Shown: positions 37,282 through 48,738 of the stretch, one piece after another
Numbering within the stretch: position 1 is the first letter of the stretch
How the letters are laid out: each line of letters opens with the position of its first letter
Assembly (NCBI GenBank): GCA_050250895.1
Contig: JBFWNU010000002.1
Location: 471,659-535,658, forward strand
DNA from: Vulcanimicrobiota bacterium
GTDB lineage: Bacteria; Vulcanimicrobiota; Xenobia; Xenobiales; JADMJV01
Direction: 5' to 3'
DNA: 64,000 bases
Program-made: the position numbers and the translations under genes
The notes under the pieces: generated by a model
What the model was told of the DNA's origin: nothing
The model's input: only the letters and a program-made list of their open reading frames with translations
The model's database searches: none

Positions 37282-38549
37282 CCCGCGTCGAGAAAAGTCG
37301 CCTCGTCGGCCATCTGTTGGCGGCGCGATTGCCAAATGGCCCCCGCCCCAACCAGCACGTACAGCAAAAACGCTCCGCCGCAGGTGATGACTCCGATCAG
37401 GGTCAGCAGCAGCAAAGCCATGAAGGCCACCGGAATCAGCTTGACCAGCGAATAGGGCACGTTCGAGCCCACCTGGCCAGTTTCGCCGTTGACCACCACC
37501 TGCATCGGGCCCCACACCGTTCTGGTCGAGAAAATATAGAGCGGCAGGGCCACGCTCTTGCCCAACGGCTCTTCGAACTCGACCGCGCCGGCCACCCGGA
37601 GGTCGCCGTCGTGTTCAATCCGCTCGCGGGCTTTGATGTCGTCGCGGCAACAAACATATTCGTTGCGGCGGATGCCGGCCTGAGCCAGGGGCCAGGCCTG
37701 GCGAGGGCCCAGGGTGCCCAGTTCGAGGGCGCCGTCGACCGGACCCTCGTGGGCCGCCTGGGTGTGGAAGGGCTCGAGTTGGCGCACCACCTGTTCGGGC
37801 ACACCCTGCGATGCGCACACCAGCCAGTCGTCGTAGCGATGGCTGCGCTGACCACTCATGCCTTGCTGGCGCCAGACCTTTTCTTGACCCCAGAGTCGTT
37901 GCCACCAGTTTCGTTCGACTTCGACCAGGGCGTTGGCATTCCAATCGGTGGTGACCTTGACATCGTAGGCCCAGAAGGGCACGTGCACCTGGCGGACAGC
38001 CCGCTGACCAATCTGGATGGTGGGCCTGAGCCAGAGAGTCTTGAGGTGCTCGCGCATGGCTTTGAGAGCAGCCTCGGGGGGGACGCTGAAGTCGATAACC
38101 CACTGGTCGACCCAGGCCTTGGATGGTTCGTGCTGACTTTGAGCCCGGCGCCCGCAGAAAAGACAGTCGGCCGCGTGCTCGTCAGAAGCGACCTCGACCT
38201 GGGCGCCGCAGCCTTTACACGACTGCGTGAAAACCTGGCGGGTTTGTTTGGTCTGGCAGCGCCGCTCGAGTTCGGCCAGGCTTACCTCGGGCCCGCGCGG
38301 CCCGACCGGCTTGGGCCCGCTGCACTTTGGGCAGCGGTAGCTTCCTCGGTCGGCGTCGAACTCGGCCGGGCCCGAACATTTCGGGCAGGTCATGGAAGGA
38401 TCGTCTTGGGCTCGGACCACGGTCGGTCCCGGCTTGGGCGTGGTCTTCTTGCCATAGCAATTGGGGCAGCGGTAACAGCCACGGTTGATGTCATACTCGG
38501 CAACGCCTGAACATTTGGGGCAAGTCAAGGTTGGAGTCAGCCTGGCCAT
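37278..38549 (-). CDS. Multi-Zn-ribbon membrane-anchored protein
   Basis: Duplicated TCPKCSG.AE.D..RG.YRCP.C, CKGCGA..CLFCG, VPFW.YD, VVNGETGQV, two C-terminal transmembrane segments. Confidence 0.8.
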   Translation of the reverse strand: MARLTPTLTCPKCSGVAEYDINRGCYRCPNCYGKKTTPKPGPTVVRAQDDPSMTCPKCSGPAEFDADRGSYRCPKCSGPKPVGPRGPEVSLAELERRCQTKQTRQVFTQSCKGCGAQVEVASDEHAADCLFCGRRAQSQHEPSKAWVDQWVIDFSVPPEAALKAMREHLKTLWLRPTIQIGQRAVRQVHVPFWAYDVKVTTDWNANALVEVERNWWQRLWGQEKVWRQQGMSGQRSHRYDDWLVCASQGVPEQVVRQLEPFHTQAAHEGPVDGALELGTLGPRQAWPLAQAGIRRNEYVCCRDDIKARERIEHDGDLRVAGAVEFEEPLGKSVALPLYIFSTRTVWGPMQVVVNGETGQVGSNVPYSLVKLIPVAFMALLLLTLIGVITCGGAFLLYVLVGAGAIWQSRRQQMADEATFLDAG

Positions 38550-38646
38550 CCTCTGAACTTCTCTAGGAAAAAGGCTGCCCCTGCATTTTTTCCGATCGAG
38601 ACAGCTTTCGGAAGGTGTTTTGGCGACCGTTTGCAATTCACCAGGG

Positions 38647-39471
38647 ATGAACTTGCGTATCCTGGTGCCGGTCGATGGCTCCGCCCTCAGCGAGGTCTCG
38701 CTGGAATATGCGGCCTACGTGGCCGAGTTGCGCCAGGGCCAGTTGCTGCTTTTGCGTAGCGGCCCCGAGGCTGGCTATCGAGAGTATCTAGAAAACCATG
38801 CCGAGAAGCTTCGCCAGCGGGGCTTGCAGGTCAGCGTCAGCGAGGACCAGCAGCGGGCGGAAGAAGCTATCCTGGCGCTTTCAGACCAGGTCGACCTGGT
38901 GGTAATGTCGAGCCACGGTGAGGGGGGGCTGGGTCGCTGGCTCATGGGCAGCACCACCACCCGGGTGGTGCAGGCTTGTTCCAAGCCGGTGCTGGTGGTG
39001 GGTGGTCAAGCCCTCGAGAGGGTCGAGTTCAGACCGTTCCGCCGCTTGATGGTCCCGCTCGACGGCTCGGAGATCTGTATGGCGGCCGTAGCTCCGGCCG
39101 TCGCTATGGCCCGAGCGGCCCGGGCCGAACTGCTTCTCTTTCGCTCTCTGGTCACCTCGGATCTAGATCACGCATTGCCGAGCGTGGCCGCGGCCCACGC
39201 CGCCGAAGAGGCCATGGCGAGCGAATACCTCGAGGGAGTGAGAACCGGCATCGAGGGGGTCGAGACGCGCCTTTTGATGCACGCCGCTACTCCCACCCGC
39301 GGCATCGTGGCGGTAGCCGAATCCGAAGAGATTGACCTCATCGTCATGACGACCCACGGCCGGAGTGGCTTTGTTCGCTGGATCTGCGGCAGCGTCACTG
39401 AAGCCGTTCTCTATCAGGCCCCCTGTCCGGTGTTGGTGGTGAACCCCCGCTATGCCCCCAAAGTTACCTGA
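38647..39471 (+). CDS. Tandem universal stress protein
   Basis: ILVPVDGS..DLVVMSSHG..GS.. pattern occurs twice. Confidence 0.93.
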   Translation: MNLRILVPVDGSALSEVSLEYAAYVAELRQGQLLLLRSGPEAGYREYLENHAEKLRQRGLQVSVSEDQQRAEEAILALSDQVDLVVMSSHGEGGLGRWLMGSTTTRVVQACSKPVLVVGGQALERVEFRPFRRLMVPLDGSEICMAAVAPAVAMARAARAELLLFRSLVTSDLDHALPSVAAAHAAEEAMASEYLEGVRTGIEGVETRLLMHAATPTRGIVAVAESEEIDLIVMTTHGRSGFVRWICGSVTEAVLYQAPCPVLVVNPRYAPKVT

Positions 39472-42190
39472 GCATCCGCACAGCCTGGCCGTCGAGGACC
39501 TGATCGGTCAACTCGAGGTCACGGCCGAGCACGGTTTGAGCGCCGCCGAAGTGGACCGGCGCCTGGACCACTTTGGGCCGAACCGATTCGCCGAAGAGAG
39601 CAAGATATCACCATTTTCCATTCTGTTAGGCCAGTTTAAGGACACCATGGTGCTGATCTTGCTGGCCGCCACCGTGGTGGCCTTCGGCGCGTGGTATACC
39701 GAAGGGGCTCACGGGGTCCCCTACGACGCCCTGATCATTCTGGCCATCGTGGTGGCCAACGCCTTGCTCGGCTTTACCCAGGAATACCAGGCCGAGCGCA
39801 CTCTAGAGGCCCTGCAGCAGGCCACCGAGGTCAAGACCCGGGTCTTGCGAGAGGGGGCTCAACAGGCCGTGACCCACGAGCAACTGGTACCCGGCGACAT
39901 CTTGTATCTGAGCGAAGGGGATCGCATTCCTGCCGACGGAGTCTTGCTCAAAGCCTCTCACTTTCAGTCCGATGAAAGCCCGCTGACGGGCGAGAGTCTG
40001 CCGGTCAGCAAGAGGGTGGGCCTGGTCGAGCCGGATACCCCGGTAGCCGATCGCACCAACTCGGTCTTCGCCGGTTCGGTGGTCACGGCTGGTGAAGCCA
40101 CGGCTGTGGTCGTATCGACCGGTAAAGAAACCCAACTTGGCCGCATCGCCGAGCGATTGTCGACTACCGAAGCCGTGAAGACTCCGCTGCAGAATCGTCT
40201 CGACGGGCTGGGCAAACAGATCGGTTGGGGCGTGGCGGTGTTGACCGTCATTATCGGAGCCACCGTGCTGCTGGTCGAAGGCAAGACCGATACCGACACG
40301 CTCCTGAGAGTAGCCATGTTCAGCGTGGCCCTGGCCGTAGCCGCGGTGCCCGAGGGACTGCCGGCCGTGCTCACCGTATCGCTCTCGGCCGGGGCCCGCC
40401 GGTTGGCCCAGCGCAATGCCGTGGCCCGCAAGATGGCCGCGGTCGAGACGCTGGGGTCGGTGACCGTCATCATGACCGACAAAACAGGGACTCTGACTCA
40501 CAACCAGATGACGGTCAAGTCCATCGCGCTGGCGGCCGGTGTGCTCGGCGTCAGTGGCGACGGTTACGGTCGCGAAGGGGTGATCGATGAGGTCGGCCCG
40601 GCGGTGGTGCAGTTGGCCCGCTGCGGACTGTTGGCCAGTGGCTCGGAATTGGCCGAGGAGAACGGCCAGCGCACGGCGGTCGGCGATCCGATGGATGCAG
40701 CCTTACTGGTCCTGGCCGAAAAGGCCGGCCTCGATTGGCGAGCCGAGCGCCAGCAGCGCGAGAAGGTCGACGAAGCTCCCTTCTCGTCAGACCGGGCCAT
40801 GGTCAGCTACCTCTGGCGCCAGGGGGAAGAGCTGACCCTGCATTGCAAAGGCAGCCTCGAGAAAATTCTGTCGCTGGCCACCCATTTCGACCACGGCGAG
40901 GGCCCGCAGCCGCTCGATGAAGACCTGATCAAGAAGCTGCGCGACAGCGAGAGCGAGTTTGGCCGGCGGGCCTGGCGCACCCTGGCCATCGCCTACCGGA
41001 AGGTTGCGGCCGTGGCCGAGGTCCACGAACTCGAGAACGAGCTGGTGTTAGTGGGTTTGGCGGCCTTCGCCGACCCCCCACGCGAGACGGTCGCGCCGGC
41101 TATCGAACGCTGTCGGGCGGCCGGCATCCGGGTGGTCATGCTGACCGGAGATCATCCCGCCACGGCCACCGCGATCGCCCACGAGGTGGGTATCGGCGAG
41201 GGTCAGCCGGCCATCTCGGGTCGCGAACTGGCAGCCATGAGTGACTCCGAGTTCGAAGAGTCGGTCAAGACCCACGACATCTTTGCCAGGGTCACTCCCG
41301 ACCAGAAGCTTCATCTGGCCGAGTGCCTGTTGCGCCAGGGTGAGGTGGTGGCCATGACCGGCGACGGTGTCAACGACGCACCTGCCCTCAAGAAGGTCCA
41401 CGTTGGGGTGGCCATGGGTCGGTCCGGCACGGCTGTGGCCGTCGAGGCGTCGGACCTGGTCTTGATGCAAGACGATTTCTCGACTATCGTCGAGGCCGTG
41501 GCCGAAGGCCGCTCGATCTATGCCAATGTCCAGCGGTTTATCGCCTTCCTCTTCTCGGGTAATTTCGGCGTGGTGGTGGCCATGTTCGTGGGCACTCTGA
41601 TTGCCGGCCTGATGGGGCTGCGTTATGACGGCGAGCTACTGCTACCGCTGACGGCCGCTCAGATTCTCTGGATGAACCTGGTGACCGATGGAGCGCCGGC
41701 CGTCGCCTTCGCCCTGGGCGCGGGCGACGAGAGCTTCATGAAGAGCCCGCCCCGCGACCCGCGCTCGCCCATTTTAACACGCCGGCTTTTCATGATGATT
41801 GCGGTAACGGGCACTACGCTGGCCGCGTTCTTCCTGCTCGTGCTCGACCTGCTCTATGTCGACGGTCTGTTCACCGCCCCCACGCATCTGCACGATCACG
41901 TCTATGCCCGCACCGCCGCCTTCTATACCCTGGTGACGGCCCGTCTCGTCAACGCCCTCAACTTCTTGCATTTAGACTTCGGGGTAACCTCAGCCGTGAG
42001 CTGGAACAACAAAGCCGTCCCGGCGGCCTGTCTCTTCTCGTGGTTGCTGACGGTGGGGCTGCTCTTTTTCGCCCCGGCTGCCAAGGCTTTCAATCTGGCC
42101 ACCATCGACCCCGCCACCCTGGCCGTGCTCACGATGGTGGCCGTTCCCCTGGTGCTGATTCCGGCCGAGATCTTCAAGCGATTGCGCTAA
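39452..42190 (+). CDS. P-type (IIA-like) cation-transporting ATPase
   Basis: [35 protein letters not shown]. Confidence 0.95.
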   Translation: MPPKLPEHPHSLAVEDLIGQLEVTAEHGLSAAEVDRRLDHFGPNRFAEESKISPFSILLGQFKDTMVLILLAATVVAFGAWYTEGAHGVPYDALIILAIVVANALLGFTQEYQAERTLEALQQATEVKTRVLREGAQQAVTHEQLVPGDILYLSEGDRIPADGVLLKASHFQSDESPLTGESLPVSKRVGLVEPDTPVADRTNSVFAGSVVTAGEATAVVVSTGKETQLGRIAERLSTTEAVKTPLQNRLDGLGKQIGWGVAVLTVIIGATVLLVEGKTDTDTLLRVAMFSVALAVAAVPEGLPAVLTVSLSAGARRLAQRNAVARKMAAVETLGSVTVIMTDKTGTLTHNQMTVKSIALAAGVLGVSGDGYGREGVIDEVGPAVVQLARCGLLASGSELAEENGQRTAVGDPMDAALLVLAEKAGLDWRAERQQREKVDEAPFSSDRAMVSYLWRQGEELTLHCKGSLEKILSLATHFDHGEGPQPLDEDLIKKLRDSESEFGRRAWRTLAIAYRKVAAVAEVHELENELVLVGLAAFADPPRETVAPAIERCRAAGIRVVMLTGDHPATATAIAHEVGIGEGQPAISGRELAAMSDSEFEESVKTHDIFARVTPDQKLHLAECLLRQGEVVAMTGDGVNDAPALKKVHVGVAMGRSGTAVAVEASDLVLMQDDFSTIVEAVAEGRSIYANVQRFIAFLFSGNFGVVVAMFVGTLIAGLMGLRYDGELLLPLTAAQILWMNLVTDGAPAVAFALGAGDESFMKSPPRDPRSPILTRRLFMMIAVTGTTLAAFFLLVLDLLYVDGLFTAPTHLHDHVYARTAAFYTLVTARLVNALNFLHLDFGVTSAVSWNNKAVPAACLFSWLLTVGLLFFAPAAKAFNLATIDPATLAVLTMVAVPLVLIPAEIFKRLR

Positions 42191-42992
42191 AGCATTCGGC
42201 CACCTGGCTCAAGCCGTCGACGGCATCGGTCCTGAGCCATAGCCCGCCGCAAGCCTCGGCCATGCGGGCGAAAGGATTGGCTTCGGGGTTGATATCGATC
42301 ATCACGCCCCCACGTCCACTCACCATCACGGCCATCTGCATGGGCAGGTTGGTAGCTCCTGAGCTGCCCGCGACCACCAGGGCTCCGCAGGTGAGAGTCG
42401 CCTCGAGCGAGGAGTGAAAGCGAAAGTGCGCCTCGTCGTAGCACTCGTCAAACCAGAGCACGTGAGGCCGGGCCAGCCCTCCGCACTTCGGGCAAACCAG
42501 CAGGCGGCGGTCGTGGTCGTCGAGGCTCTCCCCTCGTTGCTTGAACGGAACCCCTTCAGGAATGGGTACAAACCCGGGCGTGCAGTCGTTCCAACACCGC
42601 ATGAAGTCGATGTTGCCATGCACCTGGTAGGTGCGCTCCAGGCTGTTGCCGGCCCGCAGGTGCAGGCCGTCAACGTTCTGGGTCACTAACAGAAATCGGT
42701 CCCCCAGGGCTTGCTCGAGAGCGACGCAAGCCAGGTGGGCCGAGTTGGGCTCGGCTTGCCGGCAGACGCCGCGCCGATACAGATACCACGACCAGACATC
42801 ATCTGGCATCTGGCTGAAAGCCTGGTTGGTGGCCAACTCGGTCGGGTGATAGTGCTGAGAACCAACCGTCCAATAGCCCTCTTCGCCTCGAAAGGTGGGA
42901 ACACCGCTGGCGGCTGACACGCCGGCCCCGGTCAAGACCACGATGCGCTCGCCGCCGGCGCGAGCAAGCAAGTCTTTGAGTGCCTGGTGCAT
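42174..42992 (-). CDS. cobB: Sir2-family NAD-dependent deacylase
   Basis: TGAGVSAASGVPTFRG, TQNVDGLH, HGN, CPKCGG.ARPHVLWFDE, INP. Confidence 0.9.
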   Translation of the reverse strand: MHQALKDLLARAGGERIVVLTGAGVSAASGVPTFRGEEGYWTVGSQHYHPTELATNQAFSQMPDDVWSWYLYRRGVCRQAEPNSAHLACVALEQALGDRFLLVTQNVDGLHLRAGNSLERTYQVHGNIDFMRCWNDCTPGFVPIPEGVPFKQRGESLDDHDRRLLVCPKCGGLARPHVLWFDECYDEAHFRFHSSLEATLTCGALVVAGSSGATNLPMQMAVMVSGRGGVMIDINPEANPFARMAEACGGLWLRTDAVDGLSQVAECFSAIA

Positions 42993-43085
42993 GGGCTTGA
43001 ATTTCCTTTCGAGATCTATCACTCCTCTAACAGATCTCAAGTCATCGGCATCGGACCATCCGCTATCATGGGCCTGGAGGCGGCT

Positions 43086-43526
43086 ATGAGAAGCGGACGT
43101 TACAGAATATTGCTAGTAGAAGAGAACGCGGGTGCTCTGGTTCCGGTGCGGGCACCCCGCCGGCAACGCAATCGCCGGCTCTACGAGCGCACCTTTCAAC
43201 CACCAGATGTCTTTGAGGCTCTACTCCACTCCCTGAGTCGGCTACAGCGCCGCGGGGTGGGACCGTCAGCCTGGGCATCGACCTTCGAAAACGACCCCCT
43301 GGCCTTTCTGCTCGACTCGATGAGCGATGCCTTTCTAATCCGGACCCTCGCAGGCGACGTGCTGTTCGAGAACCGATTCGCCAGAGAGCTAGAACTGGCC
43401 CGCCGGGCCTTTACCGACTATGAAAAATTCGACAATGATGGTGTTCCCTACGAGCGCCGCGGGCTGACCTTCGTTACCCCTCGCGGACGCGTCACGATCA
43501 CCATCGCCAAAAGCCTAAGGAGATAG
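43086..43526 (+). CDS. Hypothetical protein with a PAS-like C-terminal segment
   Basis: [27 protein letters not shown]; GGAGG RBS; stop lies 2 nt before clpB. Confidence 0.55.
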   Translation: MRSGRYRILLVEENAGALVPVRAPRRQRNRRLYERTFQPPDVFEALLHSLSRLQRRGVGPSAWASTFENDPLAFLLDSMSDAFLIRTLAGDVLFENRFARELELARRAFTDYEKFDNDGVPYERRGLTFVTPRGRVTITIAKSLRR

Positions 43527-43528
43527 CA

Positions 43529-46129
43529 ATGGATCTCAGCAAATTGACAGTCAAAGCTCGCGAAGCGCTCACCTCGGCCGAGACCGTGGCGCGCCGCAGC
43601 CAGCACCAGGAGGTGGGAAGTTTGCACCTTCTGGCCGCCTTGCTCTACCAGGAAGGCGGCATCATTCCCCCGTTGCTCGAAAAGGCCGGCGTGCCCGTGC
43701 GCGAGTTGCATCTACGGTTGCAGCAGAAGCTCGGCTCGGGGCCAAAGGTCGACGGGGCCGACAACTACATCGGTCGCGAGCTCAAGAAGGTGCTCGACGC
43801 ATCTTTTGACGAGAAAGACCGCATGGGTGACGACTATGTTTCGACCGAGCACCTTCTATTGGGGCTGCTCAGGGCCAAGTCTGAAGCCGGCAAGTTGCTT
43901 GGCGAATTTGGACTTAAACCGGACAAGCTTGAAGAGGCTCTACAAGCCATTCGCGGGGGGCAGAAGGTCACCGATACCGAGCCTGAAGGTAAGTATCAGG
44001 CCCTCGAGCGTTATACTACCGACCTGACCGCGCTGGCCCGCGAAGGCAAGCTCGACCCGGTCATCGGTCGCGACGAAGAGATTCGCCGGGCCATGCAAGT
44101 GTTGTCTCGTCGCACCAAGAACAACCCGGTGCTCATCGGTGAGCCCGGCGTGGGTAAGACGGCTATTGTGGAAGGCATTGCCGGCCGTATCGTGGCCGAA
44201 GACGTGCCCGAGAGCCTGCGCCGCAAACGCGTGCTGGCGCTGGATCTGGGAGCGTTGGTGGCCGGAGCCAAATACCGCGGTGAGTTCGAAGAGCGCCTGA
44301 AGGCCGTGCTGCAAGAAGTGACCAAAGCCGAAGGCTCGGTCATCCTCTTCATCGACGAACTTCACACCCTGGTGGGAGCTGGCGCCGCCGAAGGGGCCCA
44401 GGACGCGGCCAACATGCTCAAGCCGGCCTTGGCCCGCGGCCAGCTGCGCTGCATTGGGGCTACTACCCTCGACGAGTATCGCAAACACGTTGAGAAGGAC
44501 AAGGCTTTGGAGCGGCGATTCCAGCCCGTCTATGTGGGCGAACCGAGCCTTGACGATACTATCGCCATCCTGCGTGGCCTAAAAGAGAAGTATGAAGTCC
44601 ACCACGGCCTGCGCATCGAGGATGCGGCCACCGTGGCGGCGGCCAAGCTTTCTCATCGCTATATCGCCGACCGCTTTTTGCCTGACAAGGCCATCGACCT
44701 GATCGACGAAGCGGCCAGTCAGATCAAGATGGAGATCGAGAGCGTACCGGCCGTCATCGACCGAGCCCAGCGAGAGATCACCCGTCTTCAGATCGAAGAG
44801 CAAGCCCTGCAGCTCGAGGACGAAAAGGTAGCCGGCGACCGCCTCAAGGTGCTACGCGGCGAGATTGCCGAGAAGCAAGAGGAGCTTGGAGGGATGAGGG
44901 CTCGCTGGCAGCAGCAGCGCGATCTCGTCCACCAGGCTCGCGACCTCAAAGAGCAGCTCGACCGCCTCAAGACCGAAGCCGAGCAGGCCCAACAGCGCAA
45001 CGAGCTGCAACGCGCGGCCGAGATTATGTATGGCGAAATCCCTCGCCTGCAGAAAGAACTCGACGCCGCCCAGCAGCGTCTGGATGAGGCCCGCGAACAG
45101 GGCAGTTTCTTGCGTGAAGCGGTGACCCCGCAGGACATCGCTGGCATCGTGAGTCGCTGGACGGGTATCCCCGTCGACAAGATGCTCGAGGCCGAAAGCG
45201 AGCGTTTGCTCAAGATGGAGGACCGCCTGCGCCTGCGCGTGGTGGGTCAGGACGAAGCGGTGGTGCGGGTGGCCAAGGCCATTCGCCTGGCCCGGGCGGG
45301 TTTGCAAGACCCCAACCGGCCCATCGGCTCGTTCCTCTTCCTGGGTCCGACCGGCGTAGGTAAGACCGAGCTGGCCAAAGCCCTGGCCGAGTTCCTCTTC
45401 GACGACGAGCGCAATATGGTGCGCATCGATATGTCCGAGTATATGGAAAAGCACGCCGTCTCGCGCTTGATCGGTGCGCCTCCCGGTTACATCGGCTATG
45501 ACGAGGGCGGTCAGTTGACCGAAGCGGTGCGCCGTCGACCCTACTCGGTGGTGCTGCTCGACGAGGTCGAGAAAGCGCACCAGGACGTCTTCAACGTGCT
45601 GTTGCAGGTGATGGACGATGGGCGCCTGACCGATGGTCAGGGGCGCACGGTGGACTTCCGCAACACCATCCTCATCATGACCTCCAACATTGGCTCCACC
45701 CACCTGCTCAACGAGCCCGACGAAGAGCGGGCCACCAGGTTCGTGGAGGCGGCGCTGCGCGAGCACTTCCGGCCCGAGTTCCTCAACCGGATCGACGCCC
45801 GCATCCTGTTCCATCGCCTCGACCAGAAGGTCATCCGCGACATCGTGGACATCCAGGTGCGCAGTATCGAGCACCTGCTGGCCAACCGCGGTCTGACCAT
45901 CGAACTCGACGACGCGGCCCGCGACTACCTGGCCGAAGTCGGCTACGACCCCGCTTTCGGGGCGCGTCCGCTCAAGCGAGCCGTGCGCGAGCACATCCTC
46001 GAGCCTCTCTCCGAGAAGCTCATCGGTGGCGAGATTCGCCCGGATTCGCTGGTGCGCGTGCGCAAGATCGGCGACGGCCTGGAGTTGACCGGAGTGATTC
46101 CCGACGTGGCTGGTGTGAGCCGGAACTAG
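43529..46129 (+). CDS. clpB: ATP-dependent chaperone ClpB
   Basis: Clp_N repeats, GEPGVGKT, coiled-coil M domain, [19 protein letters not shown]. Confidence 0.97.
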   Translation: MDLSKLTVKAREALTSAETVARRSQHQEVGSLHLLAALLYQEGGIIPPLLEKAGVPVRELHLRLQQKLGSGPKVDGADNYIGRELKKVLDASFDEKDRMGDDYVSTEHLLLGLLRAKSEAGKLLGEFGLKPDKLEEALQAIRGGQKVTDTEPEGKYQALERYTTDLTALAREGKLDPVIGRDEEIRRAMQVLSRRTKNNPVLIGEPGVGKTAIVEGIAGRIVAEDVPESLRRKRVLALDLGALVAGAKYRGEFEERLKAVLQEVTKAEGSVILFIDELHTLVGAGAAEGAQDAANMLKPALARGQLRCIGATTLDEYRKHVEKDKALERRFQPVYVGEPSLDDTIAILRGLKEKYEVHHGLRIEDAATVAAAKLSHRYIADRFLPDKAIDLIDEAASQIKMEIESVPAVIDRAQREITRLQIEEQALQLEDEKVAGDRLKVLRGEIAEKQEELGGMRARWQQQRDLVHQARDLKEQLDRLKTEAEQAQQRNELQRAAEIMYGEIPRLQKELDAAQQRLDEAREQGSFLREAVTPQDIAGIVSRWTGIPVDKMLEAESERLLKMEDRLRLRVVGQDEAVVRVAKAIRLARAGLQDPNRPIGSFLFLGPTGVGKTELAKALAEFLFDDERNMVRIDMSEYMEKHAVSRLIGAPPGYIGYDEGGQLTEAVRRRPYSVVLLDEVEKAHQDVFNVLLQVMDDGRLTDGQGRTVDFRNTILIMTSNIGSTHLLNEPDEERATRFVEAALREHFRPEFLNRIDARILFHRLDQKVIRDIVDIQVRSIEHLLANRGLTIELDDAARDYLAEVGYDPAFGARPLKRAVREHILEPLSEKLIGGEIRPDSLVRVRKIGDGLELTGVIPDVAGVSRN

Positions 46130-46210
46130 GAGACGGTAGTCATCCGACGGTAGACGGTAGCATCGAGAGGGTGGCGCCTGGGCGTCACCCTCTTCCTTTC
46201 TCGGACGAAC

Positions 46211-46906
46211 TCAGCATCGACAGCAAGCGTACAGGGTCGAGAAGCTGGTGGCGATGCGGGCGGCGTCGCAGTCCTTCTCGATTGCTCCGAAGTCGGGCAC
46301 GGAACCGCAAGTGCGGCTGTCGAAGAAGTCGGTCGAACCAGCGTGGCAGATGCTGGGGCCCGTGGCAGTATTGCATGGAATAGGATTGATTCCGTCATCG
46401 CTACACCGATAGGCGGCCACGCAAACGCACTTGCCGCAGTCGGCGGGGCAAGCGCAAGTGGGGCTATTGTCGCAACAGTCAACGCAGCCGGTCGGAGCCC
46501 CGGGTGGGCCGGCCGGCTGCGACGAGGTTGCACAACCCGAAAAGCCGCTCATCAAGCAACTACCGCTGGCGGCAAGGGTTGGCTCGGGAGCCAGCACGCT
46601 GGACACCACTGGCAAAAGAGCTACTCGGGTCAGAAAGCGACGGCGGTCAAGCGTGGTCGAGCCCTCGGCCTCGATCAGGCCCTCAGTGGCCAGTCTATCG
46701 AGAGCGGCCTGCAGCAAGTCCCGACCCTCTTTCCCTAACGAGAGTGCCACCTGGGACTGCAACGTCGCTCCGTCGCAAGCCCGATAGACCTGGGCGGCGG
46801 TGGGGCTAAGGCTGTAGGCTCGGCGAGTTTGGGGGTGATAGAGGATGAGTTCGTCGCCGATCGCCTGCTCGATGGCAACGAATTTCTGCTTCGGCATGTG
46901 CATCAT
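46211..46906 (-). CDS. PqqD/RRE-like domain fused to a twin-arginine segment and a Cys-rich region
   Basis: IGDELILYH..AYSLSPTAAQVYRACDG..AL..L..EGLI (PqqD fold); DRRRFL..LPVVSSVLAP..AAS; then 18 Cys. Confidence 0.75.
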   Translation of the reverse strand: MMHMPKQKFVAIEQAIGDELILYHPQTRRAYSLSPTAAQVYRACDGATLQSQVALSLGKEGRDLLQAALDRLATEGLIEAEGSTTLDRRRFLTRVALLPVVSSVLAPEPTLAASGSCLMSGFSGCATSSQPAGPPGAPTGCVDCCDNSPTCACPADCGKCVCVAAYRCSDDGINPIPCNTATGPSICHAGSTDFFDSRTCGSVPDFGAIEKDCDAARIATSFSTLYACCRC

Positions 46907-47254
46907 CGTCGGATATTATCTGGACGAAGAGCTGATCCTTCTGAAGGTGTAGAATCTTTTTGAGACGATTTTTGGGCTGGGACAACATTTGGAGTTAGCG
47001 AAAGGTGGCTAGAGATATTTCTTGGGGTCGGTGTGGATTGCTGGAGAGAACTCTCACCTTGGGTCGAACTGGAGCGCGCAAGGTTCAGGGCGTTCGAGGC
47101 CGCTACCAGAAAGCACCAAAGGCCGGAGCCTAGGACTTTGGGCCGTTGGCGCCGGCCATCCTTTCGGGTTTTGTTTAGCCACCTACGATAATCTAAGTGC
47201 AGGTCCACAGACCCGGTCCACCGGGCGCCAAACACACGCAGGAGAATCTCACTA

Positions 47255-48529
47255 ATGTCGTCTATTTGTATTCCTCAGTTCGTCAATGCCCCCGCGGCCA
47301 AGCCTTTGGCCAGCCGACCCGCTGCCCCCGCCAAAGTCGAACAACAGCTCACCCTTCCTTTTGACCAGGTCCAAACAAGTTCTCCGGCCGCCCCCACCCT
47401 GGCCACCTCTTCGGCCCTCAAGACGGCCACTCTGACGGCCTTGCAGACAGCCTCGGCAGCTGCTCCCGGAACCTGGATGCTCTATCCGGCCGAGGATGCC
47501 TATCGCGGTCGGCTGGACCAGGACCTGGCCTTTAAAGACTTGCGCCCCTACGCCCAGCAGAAACTGGGAGAGCTTCCCGAGAACCTTACCCTGGGCCAGG
47601 TGCTGGCCTATACCGGCGCCAGTTCGCTGACCGACGTGACACGTAACCTGGGCAAGTATCGCCAGAGCCTCGACGAATTGGCCGCCCTGGGCCAGAACTT
47701 CCAGGGAAGCCTGGTGGTCAACGCCGACAATCGCCACGGTTCTTTGGTGGTGCTGGCCGAGCAGCCCACCGTCGAGTCGACTCGCGTCGGCACCCTCGAA
47801 GGCGTCTGGCGCAACGAGCGGGCCCGCGCCGGTTTACTCAATCTGCTTGATAATCCCCAGTGGCAGTCGCAGCTTGAGGGGTCGAGGCTGGCCGGTCTGC
47901 GGCCGCAGCTTGAAGACCCTTCGGTCGAGGTCAAGTCGGTCTTGACTCAGGCCCTGGGCGAACTCGAAGGTGGCTACACCGCCGCCCACATGCAGCGGGC
48001 CATCGACCAGATCGGTATTCCGCTGGCCGAGGCTCTGGCCGACGGCAAGCTGGCTGCCGAAGATCGAGCAGCTCTCAAAGAGGCTGGCGGGCTATTCGAC
48101 ATCGGAAAGCTGGCTATCGATGAGAAGATCCTCGACTTCCCCGGCAAATGGCCCGACGATAAGGCCGGCGACTGGTTTGCTAAGATTTCCAACCATGTCC
48201 ACCCGGACATCGTCGGACCGCTACTCGAGGCCTTCAACCCCTCAGAGAAGGCCCGCCAGGCTGTGCTCTTGCATCACGAGCGGCCCAACGGCTGGGCTTA
48301 CTGCAAGACCGCCAGCGCTCCCGGCTGGGATAACGTTCCCAGTCTGGCGCGGGTGGTCGGCATCGCCGACACCATCGACGCGATGCAGTGGAAGAAGGCC
48401 AACCTCAACCGTCCCGTCGAGGCCAAGCTCGACCTGCCCACCATCGCGAAATTTCTGGTCGGCGACGCCGAGAAGGGCAAGGTCGACGGCGAGTTGGTCA
48501 AGCTGGCTTTCGACAAAGTGCTGGCCTGA
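47255..48529 (+). CDS. Degenerate HD-GYP domain protein with a low-complexity N-terminus
   Basis: YTAAHMQR, LFDIGK (HD replaced by FD), HHERPNGWAY (GYP altered), RVVGIADTIDAM. Confidence 0.75.
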   Translation: MSSICIPQFVNAPAAKPLASRPAAPAKVEQQLTLPFDQVQTSSPAAPTLATSSALKTATLTALQTASAAAPGTWMLYPAEDAYRGRLDQDLAFKDLRPYAQQKLGELPENLTLGQVLAYTGASSLTDVTRNLGKYRQSLDELAALGQNFQGSLVVNADNRHGSLVVLAEQPTVESTRVGTLEGVWRNERARAGLLNLLDNPQWQSQLEGSRLAGLRPQLEDPSVEVKSVLTQALGELEGGYTAAHMQRAIDQIGIPLAEALADGKLAAEDRAALKEAGGLFDIGKLAIDEKILDFPGKWPDDKAGDWFAKISNHVHPDIVGPLLEAFNPSEKARQAVLLHHERPNGWAYCKTASAPGWDNVPSLARVVGIADTIDAMQWKKANLNRPVEAKLDLPTIAKFLVGDAEKGKVDGELVKLAFDKVLA

Positions 48530-48552
48530 ACCGCAGGTGGACTATTGACTTA

Positions 48553-48710
48553 GGGCCTGTCAGGAAATAACTCGTGCATTCGGGGCGCCGATCCATCCCC
48601 TGTGGCTGCGTTGCGCTTCCCTTACATATTGCCGATATGCGCGGTCAGACGCGCCTTGCCACAGGGGCGCCTCAGCGCCCGGAATGCTACTCTTAATCCC
48701 TGACAGGCCC
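48553..48710. mobile_element. 158-bp palindromic MITE with TTA target-site duplication
   Basis: Terminal inverted repeats GGGCCTGTCAGG / CCTGACAGGCCC; TTA at 48550-48552 and 48711-48713; internal stems gcattcggggcgc/gcgcccggaatgc and cccctgtggc/gccacagggg. Confidence 0.85.
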
Positions 48711-48738
48711 TTAGGCCAGGTCGTGCTATGATCACCGC

